From contig CALVNA010000001.1 of NCBI GenBank assembly GCA_944349535.1, positions 21,325 to 85,324 on the forward strand: a stretch of DNA of 64,000 bases, given 5' to 3'. This DNA is from an uncultured Clostridia bacterium. Lineage in GTDB: Bacteria; Bacillota; Clostridia; Christensenellales; UBA1242. Below are positions 44,815-52,978 of this stretch, in pieces (the stretch's first letter is position 1; the number at the start of each line of letters is the position of its first letter). The notes below the pieces were generated by a model. It saw only the letters and a program-made list of their open reading frames with translations. It was not told the DNA's origin and did no database searches. Both the position numbers and the translations under genes were made by a program.

Positions 44815-46149
44815 TTATTTCCCCAAACAAAATTTTGAGAAAATAAGGTCAATAATTGACTCGTTTTCGCATTGTCCGGTGATTTTTCCAAGACTGTTCC
44901 ATAAATTTTTGATAAGCATTGTAACAATATCCATGCTTTCTTCTTGTTTTAAAAGAATTTCTTTGCAAATCAAATAACTTTCTTTAATGTTGGCTGCCTG
45001 ACGCTCATTTACAATCATCATTTGATTAAAATCAATGTTGTCTGTCAATAATTTGTTAAAAATTTGCTGTTTTAACGATTCAACTCCTTCTTCTTTAACT
45101 GCAGAAACCTGGATTTCTTGTTCAAATTGTTGAACTTCTCGTTTGCAGTCAGATTTATTGACAACTATAATATAGTTATACTTTTTAACTTTTTCAAGGA
45201 TTTTTTTATCAGAAGCTTGCAGTTTTTTGCTTCCGTCGATCACGCAAAGCACAATATCAGCGGTTTCTATGCTTTTTTGACTTTTTTCTATGCCAATTTT
45301 TTCAACTTTGTCTTCAGCATCTCTAATGCCGGCAGTATCAATAAAATTAAACTTAATTCCATTATAAAAAATGCTTTCATTGACAATATCTCTGGTTGTT
45401 CCGGGGATTTCAGTAACAATAGCTTTGTCTTGACCAATAAGAGCATTTAAAAGAGAAGATTTTCCCACATTTGGAGAGCCAACAATAGCAATATTGACGC
45501 CTTTATTTATATATTTCAAATTTTCGGCTTGAGAAAGATATTTTTTTAAGTCTTTTTTTATTGATTTTATATTTTCAAAAATGACAGCTTTTACAGATTG
45601 CTCAAAATCTTCTTCTGGATAATCTAAAGTGGCTTCAATTTGAGCTAAAATTTCTGTAAGATCGTTTTGGGTTTTTAAAATTTTTTCTTTCAATTTACCG
45701 TTTGCAAGGTTGAGATTAGCTTTTAGCTCACCGTCGCTTTCAGCGTTTATCTCCCCAATTATAGCTTCTGCTTCATCCAAACTAATTTTACCGTTTTCAA
45801 AAGCCCTCTGCGAAAACTCCCCAGGTTTTGCAAGAAGAGCGCCTTTTTCAATCAAGCAAGACAAAATTTTTTGCGTGAGCAAAATTCCACCATGAATTTG
45901 AAATTCTACGACATCTTCACCTGTATATGAGTTTGGAGCTTTAAAATATACCATAAAACACTTTTCTTTGTTATTTTCAAAGAAAAAATTGCCTAAATAA
46001 AGCTTGTTGGGTTCTATTTTTTCATAATCTAGTTTTTTTGATTGAAAAAGCTTGTAAGCGATTTGAAGAGAATTTTTACCACTCATCCGAATTATGCTTA
46101 TCGCTCCACGACCTAAAGGTGTTGAAATTGCAGCAATAGTTGTTTCCAT
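44815..46149 (-). CDS. mnmE: tRNA modification GTPase MnmE (TrmE/ThdF)
   Basis: G1 GSPNVGKSSL, G3 DTAGIR, NKSD, and a C-terminal ...FCLGK. Confidence 0.9.
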   Translation of the reverse strand: METTIAAISTPLGRGAISIIRMSGKNSLQIAYKLFQSKKLDYEKIEPNKLYLGNFFFENNKEKCFMVYFKAPNSYTGEDVVEFQIHGGILLTQKILSCLIEKGALLAKPGEFSQRAFENGKISLDEAEAIIGEINAESDGELKANLNLANGKLKEKILKTQNDLTEILAQIEATLDYPEEDFEQSVKAVIFENIKSIKKDLKKYLSQAENLKYINKGVNIAIVGSPNVGKSSLLNALIGQDKAIVTEIPGTTRDIVNESIFYNGIKFNFIDTAGIRDAEDKVEKIGIEKSQKSIETADIVLCVIDGSKKLQASDKKILEKVKKYNYIIVVNKSDCKREVQQFEQEIQVSAVKEEGVESLKQQIFNKLLTDNIDFNQMMIVNERQAANIKESYLICKEILLKQEESMDIVTMLIKNLWNSLGKITGQCENESIIDLIFSKFCLGK

Positions 46150-46349
46150 ATCTAAAGTATAGCATATTTTTTTTACAAATTAAAGGTTTTTGCTTATAAA
46201 TTGTTAAAAACTAGACAATAAAAATTTTTAATGTTAAAAAAGTCTGCTATGTATGCTTTTACATTTAAAACGTCTTGCAAAGATTTGTCATATTGCATAA
46301 TAACAAATTTAAATTGCTTAAAAGACTTATTTAAATTATTAAATCATAA

Positions 46350-46655
46350 CTATACAGCTGTATTTTCTTTATCAATCAATTTTTTAACTTTGTTGTATTT
46401 GTCAATTGTCTCTAACAAATAGCGTTCTCTGCCAATTGCATCCAATTTCATAAGTTTGTTCTCATCCATCAAAAACTTCATAGGACTAAGGCTGTAATCA
46501 TCGCTTTGCAGCAGCGTTTTGACTTTATCGTAAAAATCCTTATCATTTTCCGAAACGATTTTAACGGTTTTGATTGTTTGTGCTTCCTTATTGTTTTTGT
46601 TTATCAAGCGATTTTTGGCTTTAAGTGCCAACGCTTTCAATAAATCTGATTTCAT
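46350..46655 (-). CDS. Hypothetical protein (101 aa)
   Basis: RBS AAAAGGAGAG. No recognisable motif. Confidence 0.45.
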   Translation of the reverse strand: MKSDLLKALALKAKNRLINKNNKEAQTIKTVKIVSENDKDFYDKVKTLLQSDDYSLSPMKFLMDENKLMKLDAIGRERYLLETIDKYNKVKKLIDKENTAV

Positions 46656-46880
46656 ATTTCTCTCCTTTTTTATTACGGTTTTATTTTACAATATATGAGC
46701 ATATTTTCCTAAGAGATTTTTGGCGCAAAAAGATTATTTGTGTCGAAATCTGTTGATAAACAAAAAGTATTTATTTATTAAAAAAACTCCTTTATTTTTA
46801 AATACAACAAAAACGGCATTATTTCGACAATAAAAAGCATAAAATTAGTTGTTTTATATTTGTTTTATGTAATTATAATA

Positions 46881-47017
46881 TAACTATGTGATGTTAAAAT
46901 TTTACTATCATAAAATTTTAATAAATTCTTACGAATTTGTGCGTTTCACGCACTCTTCACATAATTTGTATAAACATCAGCCTCACTCTTGCAAGCAAGT
47001 TCGGCTTCCGATAATAT
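46881..47017. other. Conserved ~137-nt intergenic element, copy B
   Basis: See copy A (24770-24907). The shared core is CTCACTCTT[AG]CAAGCAAGTT. Confidence 0.5.
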
Positions 47018-47167
47018 AAACTAAAAAATTTTAACAAAAAAATAAAAACTTTTCTGCAAAGAAAAGCTTTTTGAAAAATTTTAAAAATAAACACAGCGAT
47101 TATTTTGAAAGGATTTTGCTGACAATAAAGCGATTGCAAGGATTTTTAAAAATTTGTGTTCTAGAAA

Positions 47168-47195
47168 ATAAAAAAACACAGCATTTCTGCTGTGT
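47168..47195 (-). terminator. Intrinsic terminator after rubrerythrin
   Basis: ACACAGCA-GAAA-TGCTGTGT followed by a T-run on the minus strand. Confidence 0.7.
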
Positions 47196-47204
47196 TAATT
47201 TCAA

Positions 47205-47747
47205 TTAGAACTCTTCTTTTAAAATTTGGAAGTAAGCTTTTGGATGGTCGCAAACAGGGCAAACCTCTGGTGGTTCTTTTCCAACATGCACATGACCGCA
47301 ATTTCTGCAAATCCACACTTTTTCTTTTGTCTTTTTAAACACTGTTACATTTTTAACATTGCCGAGCAGTTCACTATAACGCTCTTCATGTCTTTTTTCG
47401 ATTGCAGCCACGCCATCGAACTTGTCTGCTATTTCATCAAACCCTTCTTCTCTTGCTTCTTTAGCCATGCGTTTATACATTTCAGTCCACTCACCATTTT
47501 CTCCTTTAACTGCATCAGCCAAATTTTCTAAGGTTTTAGGAACTGCTCCACCATGCAATTCTTTAAACCACATTTTTGCGTGTTCTTTCTCGTTGTTTGC
47601 TGTTTCTTCAAATATTGCAGCAATTTGTTCGTAACCTTCTTTTTTTGCTTGAGAAGCATAATATGTATATTTATTTCTTGCCTGGCTTTCTCCGGCAAAC
47701 GCTTCCATTAAGTTTTTTTCTGTTTTAGTTCCTTTAAGACTTTTCAT
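47205..47747 (-). CDS. rbr: Rubrerythrin
   Basis: Diiron E..H motifs ([18 protein letters not shown]) and a C-terminal rubredoxin-like CRNCG...CPVC. Confidence 0.9.
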   Translation of the reverse strand: MKSLKGTKTEKNLMEAFAGESQARNKYTYYASQAKKEGYEQIAAIFEETANNEKEHAKMWFKELHGGAVPKTLENLADAVKGENGEWTEMYKRMAKEAREEGFDEIADKFDGVAAIEKRHEERYSELLGNVKNVTVFKKTKEKVWICRNCGHVHVGKEPPEVCPVCDHPKAYFQILKEEF

Positions 47748-47937
47748 ATAACACCTCCGCTTGTTCCATTATATCATGTTTTATGTTAAAAGCAAAACAA
47801 TTTTAAAACTTTTCTTTGATAAGGAATAGTAATATTGAAATGCTTTTAAATTTTATTTAAACTAAGCAAAATGTTTACCGCACCATCAATAAAAACCGTA
47901 ATGCAGTTGCGTATGTTTTAGATTTAACACAATAAAT

Positions 47938-47953
47938 TGTTTCACGTGAAACA
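47938..47953. promoter_or_regulatory. parS site (perfect palindrome TGTTTCACGTGAAACA)
   Basis: Matches the Firmicutes parS consensus TGTTNCACGTGAAACA. Confidence 0.85.
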
Positions 47954-48184
47954 TTAAACCAAAACAAACTATATAGCTTTAATTTGTTAAAGGATTGTTA
48001 AACCGCAATGTTTACAAGTGTGCTTTGCAAAAAAAATAATCTGAAATTTTTCTCTCATAAGATTTTAGTTTCAGAGCCGCTTTTTTCATTATCGTTGTTT
48101 GCTTTATACTTTCAAAATTTCCAACACGACACAAAATTTGTCTTTAGCAAAAACGTGTTTAATTTTGTTCTTAGATATTTAAAA

Positions 48185-48200
48185 TGTTTCACGTGAAACA
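48185..48200. promoter_or_regulatory. parS site (second identical copy)
   Basis: TGTTTCACGTGAAACA, located 247 bp from the first copy and ~125 bp from the parB 3' end. Confidence 0.85.
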
Positions 48201-48295
48201 TTTTGTTTTAAATTAAATGTTAAATGTGAGGTGTTAAATTTGAAAGATTGAAGATGATATAAAGTTTAGATAATGGCTTATTTGTCGTTTTTAAC

Positions 48296-48317
48296 AAAAA
48301 AAGCAAGCAGTGCTTGC
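48296..48317 (-). terminator. Intrinsic terminator after parB
   Basis: GCAAGC-ACT-GCTTGC followed by TTTTTTT on the minus strand. Confidence 0.6.
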
Positions 48318-48322
48318 GATTT

Positions 48323-49273
48323 TTATTGATTTGGATGTCTTTTGTTGTAATTTCGTAGATCTCCAAGCGTGATTTCCTTCTTTTTTAGTAGTTCCATTAA
48401 ATCTGACAATCGATCTAAATCATCCCTTGAATAATAGTCTATGTAAATTCGACCTTTGTTATCGTTGCCAATTGCAGAAACTTTGGTAGAAAAGATGCGT
48501 TGCATATCTGAAATCAGTTCTTTGAGTTCTAGTGATTGCTCGGAAACTTTTGTTGCTTTTGGTTTTGAAGGATTAAGATAGTTTTTAACAGCTTTTTCAA
48601 GATCTCGCACAGACATTTTTCCGTCGCATGACTGTTTTGCAAGTTTAATTTGAGCTGTCGTATCAGAAATTGACGCTAAAGTTCTTGCGTGCCCGCTTGA
48701 CAATCTTCCGTCTTCAACCATTTTTATTACATCTGGATATAGAGATAAAAGCCTTAAAGTGTTTGCGATGTTTGATCTGCTTTTTCCGATCCTATCAGCA
48801 ACAACTTCTTGAGTTAAATTATATTCTTCCATAAGCTGTTTTATCGCACGCGCAGCTTCTATTGGGTTTAAATCTTCTCTTTGAAGGTTTTCAATAATTG
48901 AAATTTCTTTAATTTGCTTATCAGTGTAATTTTTGATCACTACGGGAACTTTGTCAAGACCGGCAATTTTTGAAGCTCTCCATCTTCTTTCTCCGGCGAT
49001 GATCATATAATTTCCATTGTCAAGCTTGTTGACAACTAAAGGTTGAATCACTCCGTGCACTTTGATGGAGTCAGCTAGTTCTTGAAGTGCATTTTCGTCA
49101 AAATGCTTTCTTGGCTGATTTGGATTTGGTGTAATTTTTGATATTTCCAGTTCATTCACATTTCCAGCATCTTCATTGATTTTTTTCTTTGTCGCAATAT
49201 CTTCAACTTGCTCGTTTTCATAAAAAGCAAATAAAGACTCGAGACCGCGACCTAAACCTTTTTTCTTATCCAT
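48323..49273 (-). CDS. parB: Chromosome partitioning protein ParB/Spo0J
   Basis: KGLGRGLESLF, ...IIAGERRWRA..., and a helix-turn-helix region. Confidence 0.9.
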   Translation of the reverse strand: MDKKKGLGRGLESLFAFYENEQVEDIATKKKINEDAGNVNELEISKITPNPNQPRKHFDENALQELADSIKVHGVIQPLVVNKLDNGNYMIIAGERRWRASKIAGLDKVPVVIKNYTDKQIKEISIIENLQREDLNPIEAARAIKQLMEEYNLTQEVVADRIGKSRSNIANTLRLLSLYPDVIKMVEDGRLSSGHARTLASISDTTAQIKLAKQSCDGKMSVRDLEKAVKNYLNPSKPKATKVSEQSLELKELISDMQRIFSTKVSAIGNDNKGRIYIDYYSRDDLDRLSDLMELLKKKEITLGDLRNYNKRHPNQ

Positions 49274-50093
49274 TGTTGCTATCTCCTCTTAATTTGATTT
49301 TTGTATCTTTTGAAATAGTGTTGTATTTAACCTTATTTCTATCTAAAAATTCTTCAGCCAACGATAAATACGCCTCTGCGCCTTTTGAATTTGGCTCATA
49401 AATCATTATCGGCTCACCATGGCTTGGAGCTTCCGCAAGACGAATATTTCTTGGAATGTAGGTGAAGAAAACTTTTTTACCAAAAAATTTTATGATTTCA
49501 TCACTGACCTGGCTTGTTAGATTTGAGCGTTTATCTTTCATTGTCATTACAACACCTTCGATGTCAATAGAAGGATTGAGATGGTATTTGATAAGCCGTA
49601 TGGTGTTCATAAGCTGTGTAATCCCCATAAGCGGATAAAACTCACACTGCATTGGAATAATGACAGAGTCGCAAGCTGTCAACGCGTTTACTGTGATAAG
49701 TCCTAAAGAAGGTGGACAGTCAATCATTATGAAATCATAACTATCACGCAGTGGATCAAGGATTTGTTTGATAATTTTTTCTCTTTGTGGCATTTGAACC
49801 ATTTCAATTTCTGCGCCAGCCAAGTCAACAGTTGAAGGTAAAACATCCAAATTTTCAAGCAAAGTATGTTGGACGACTTCATCAGCTGAGCAATCGCCAG
49901 AAATTAAATCGTAAACCGTTTTCATTTCGCTGTCTTTGTCAATCCCAAGACCGCTTGTCGCATTGCCTTGTGGGTCAAGGTCAACAACAAGACATTTTTT
50001 GCCCATGGCACAAATATAGGCAGACAAATTGATGCAAGTCGTGGTTTTTCCAACGCCACCTTTCTGATTTGCAAAAGCAATTATTTTTCCCAT
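49266..50093 (-). CDS. parA: Chromosome partitioning ATPase ParA/Soj
   Basis: Deviant Walker A NQKGGVGKTT. Start set at ATG 50093. Confidence 0.9.
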   Translation of the reverse strand: MGKIIAFANQKGGVGKTTTCINLSAYICAMGKKCLVVDLDPQGNATSGLGIDKDSEMKTVYDLISGDCSADEVVQHTLLENLDVLPSTVDLAGAEIEMVQMPQREKIIKQILDPLRDSYDFIMIDCPPSLGLITVNALTACDSVIIPMQCEFYPLMGITQLMNTIRLIKYHLNPSIDIEGVVMTMKDKRSNLTSQVSDEIIKFFGKKVFFTYIPRNIRLAEAPSHGEPIMIYEPNSKGAEAYLSLAEEFLDRNKVKYNTISKDTKIKLRGDSNNG

Positions 50094-50244
50094 AATCTTT
50101 CCCTTTTGTTTTTTATAACCATATAATAACACAAAATAAAAAAAAATTAAAGAAAAATCACAGTTTTACTCAATTTTAAGTAGAAAAAATAAAATAATTT
50201 GAATTTTTTTTGTTAAAAATGCAAGATATGCTATAATGTTTGTA

Positions 50245-51306
50245 ATGAAAATTGCAAAATTGATATTAAAAAATTTTCGCTCTTATGCCGATAAGGCTTT
50301 TGTGTTCGATGATAAATTAAATGTGCTGGTTGGGGCAAATGCTCAAGGAAAAACAAATGTTCTTGAAGCAATTTTTTATGCTGTTATAGGAAAAAGCTTT
50401 CGAACGAGTAAAGAAAAAGATTTATTAAAGTGGGGTGAAAGTTTCGGAAGCGTTGAAGGAAGTTTTTTTAATGGATTTAGAGATGTTTCAGTTAAAATTT
50501 TGTTTGATAGAGAAAGAAAAAAAAGCGTTTTGATTGATGGTGTTGCAATCCATAAAATTGGAGAACTTTTAGGACGAACTTGTGCGGTGTTTTTCTCTCC
50601 AAACGAACTTAAACTTGTGAAAGAAAGCCCTGAAGATCGAAGAAAGTTTTTAAATATTGCTATTTCGCAGACAAATAAACGATATTTTTATTTGCTAGCA
50701 AGATATGAAAAGGTTTTAGCCAGCCGCAACAAACTTTTAAAAAGCAGTCATAATATAGAAGTAATCAAAGAGACAATTGATATCTGGAACAGAAGTTTGT
50801 GTGAACTTGCTGAAAAAATTTTTCAAGAAAGAAAGAAATTTGTTGAGGAGATGGCTCCTTATGCAGAGAAAGCGCATGAATATTTGTCTAGCGGAAGCGA
50901 AAATTTAAAAATTGAATATAAAAGCGATTTTAAAGATGGCTATGCTCAAAATATGTATAAATATTTAGAAAAAAATTTAGAAAAAGACTTTAAGTTGGGT
51001 TACACTTCAGTTGGTGTGCATCGAGATGATTTGCTGCTTTACGTAAATAATGAAGAAGTTAAAAGCTTTGGCTCTCAAGGGCAGCAACGAACGGTGGCTC
51101 TATCTTTAAAGCTAGCAGAGCTAGAGTGCAATAAAAACAGAATAGGGCAATATCCAATTTTGCTTCTTGACGATGTTTTTAGTGAACTGGATGAAGAACG
51201 AAGGAAAAGGCTTTTAAATTTCACAAAGAAAACTCAAACTATTATCACTTGCACAGAAATTGATGAAAAAATTGATGCAAAAATAATAAAAATATCAAAA
51301 AAATAA
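50245..51306 (+). CDS. recF: DNA replication and repair protein RecF
   Basis: NFRSY, Walker A GANAQGKTN, the signature GSQGQQRT, and Walker B LLLDDV. Confidence 0.9.
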   Translation: MKIAKLILKNFRSYADKAFVFDDKLNVLVGANAQGKTNVLEAIFYAVIGKSFRTSKEKDLLKWGESFGSVEGSFFNGFRDVSVKILFDRERKKSVLIDGVAIHKIGELLGRTCAVFFSPNELKLVKESPEDRRKFLNIAISQTNKRYFYLLARYEKVLASRNKLLKSSHNIEVIKETIDIWNRSLCELAEKIFQERKKFVEEMAPYAEKAHEYLSSGSENLKIEYKSDFKDGYAQNMYKYLEKNLEKDFKLGYTSVGVHRDDLLLYVNNEEVKSFGSQGQQRTVALSLKLAELECNKNRIGQYPILLLDDVFSELDEERRKRLLNFTKKTQTIITCTEIDEKIDAKIIKISKK

Positions 51307-51561
51307 TAAAAAAAACAAAAAAATATCTAAAAAACCAATAGTCTTTTTCGAAAGCTTGTTGTTAAAAGAAAAATAAATTTTGAGAAAAATTCAATAAAGC
51401 TTTAAATTACGAACAATCAGATTTTTTATTTTATTTTTAAAAATGCAGCAAGTTTGAAAAATTTAAAGTAAAACAAAATTGGCATAAAATAAATAAAAAA
51501 TAGCAAAAAATTCAATTTTTTTGCTATTTTTCTTTAATTTTTTCATTTTTTGAAATATTTT

Positions 51562-52617
51562 TTATTTATTTTGAAGTTTTTTGTAGTCCAGTCCCATTGC
51601 GTCTTTCATTTTTGCAAGAGTTTGCTGTGCGGCTTTTCTTGCCCTTTCGCTTCCATCGAACAAGATTTGATAAACGTTATTTATGTTTGCTTCAAGCTCT
51701 TTCCTTTTTTCTCTGATAGGCGTCAGAAGTTCGTTGATTATATTGTTCAAAAAGAGTTTTACTTTAACATCACCAAGTCCGCCTTTTTGATAATGACTTT
51801 TAAGCTGGTCAAGATTTTGGTATTCTGGCAAATATTTTTTGAAATGCTGGTCGGTGCAAAAAGCATCCAAATAAGCAAACACGATGTTGCCTTCAATTTT
51901 TCCTGGATCAGAAACTTTGATATGCCCAGGATCTGTGTATGCCGACATAATTTTTTCTTTAACTGTTTTTTCGTCATCGCAAAGATATATCGCGTTTCCT
52001 GCAGATTTTGACATTTTCACCTTGCCGTCAAGGCCTGGAAGCCGAGCGCAAATTTTAGTTTTTGGCAAAAGCCCTTTGACCTGTCTGAACACTTCTCCAT
52101 AAGAATTATTGAAAGAATGAACAACTTCTCGTGTGACTTCAATCACAGGCAATTGATCTTCCCCGACAGGCACTATGTTTGCGTCAAAGGCAAGAATATC
52201 AGCAGCTTGAGAAACTGGGTAGTTTAAAAAGCCTATTGGTAAAGATCTGTCAAAACCTCTCTGCTTGATTTCTTCTTTAATGGTTGGATTCCGCTGCAGC
52301 CTTGAAACTGACACCAAATTCATAAAATAAGCAGTTATTTCGAATAGCTCTGGCACCATTGATTGAACAAAGATACAAACTTTGTTTGGGTCAATCCCTG
52401 CAGATATGTAATCAATTGCGACTTGAATTATGTTGTTTTTGACCTTGTCAACATTGTTTGCATTGTCAGTCAAAGCTTGAGTGTCGGCAATCATAACATA
52501 ATATTTTTCAAAGCCTCCTTGATTTTGAAGTTCTATTCTGGTTTTAAGGCTGCCCACATAATGTCCAATATGAAGATTTCCTGTTGGTCTGTCGCCTGTT
52601 AAAATAATGTTTTTCAT
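51562..52617 (-). CDS. trpS: Tryptophan--tRNA ligase
   Basis: TGDRPTGNLHIGHYVG (HIGH motif), KMSKS, 351 aa. Confidence 0.9.
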   Translation of the reverse strand: MKNIILTGDRPTGNLHIGHYVGSLKTRIELQNQGGFEKYYVMIADTQALTDNANNVDKVKNNIIQVAIDYISAGIDPNKVCIFVQSMVPELFEITAYFMNLVSVSRLQRNPTIKEEIKQRGFDRSLPIGFLNYPVSQAADILAFDANIVPVGEDQLPVIEVTREVVHSFNNSYGEVFRQVKGLLPKTKICARLPGLDGKVKMSKSAGNAIYLCDDEKTVKEKIMSAYTDPGHIKVSDPGKIEGNIVFAYLDAFCTDQHFKKYLPEYQNLDQLKSHYQKGGLGDVKVKLFLNNIINELLTPIREKRKELEANINNVYQILFDGSERARKAAQQTLAKMKDAMGLDYKKLQNK

Positions 52618-52890
52618 AACTTTTACCTTTTATTTAATTTGTTAAAGTCAACTTCTTGAAAAAGATGTTGAAATTTCAAAAAATATTATAACCAAACAAA
52701 TATTTTTTGTCAAGAAAGATAAAAATAAGAAGAAAAAAATTTTAAAAAATTAAAAAATCTGCAAAAAATCATAAAAAATCGTGAAAAAACTTAAAATAAT
52801 TATTATTTTTTGCAAAAAAAACTAGAAAATAAAAAATTAAAAATAAAAAAAACGACTGAAAAATTTTTGTCATAAAATAAAGTATTTTGT

Positions 52891-52919
52891 TTGCTTTTGT
52901 CAAAGCAAAAAGGTATAAT
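52891..52919 (+). promoter_or_regulatory. Candidate sigma-A promoter (TTGCTT-17-TATAAT) for the giant surface-protein gene
   Basis: The -35 box is at 52891-52896 and the -10 box at 52914-52919. Phased A-tracts lie upstream. Confidence 0.45.
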
Positions 52920-52978
52920 ATATGTATTAAAACTTAAGAAAAAAAACAAAATAGAAATAAGCTGAGAAGGAGAAGATC

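Noticed and set aside
48008-48196. 62-aa ORF between the two parS sites.
   Set aside because: It lies in an AT-rich spacer, has no RBS, and ends inside the second parS palindrome.
51550-52011. 153-aa plus-strand ORF.
   Set aside because: It lies entirely antisense to trpS, whose HIGH and KMSKS motifs make the minus-strand frame certain.
52618-52978. T-box leader upstream of trpS.
   Set aside because: No T-box consensus (AATTAGGGTGGTACCGCG-like) or specifier/terminator architecture is found on the minus strand. The region is nearly pure A/T.
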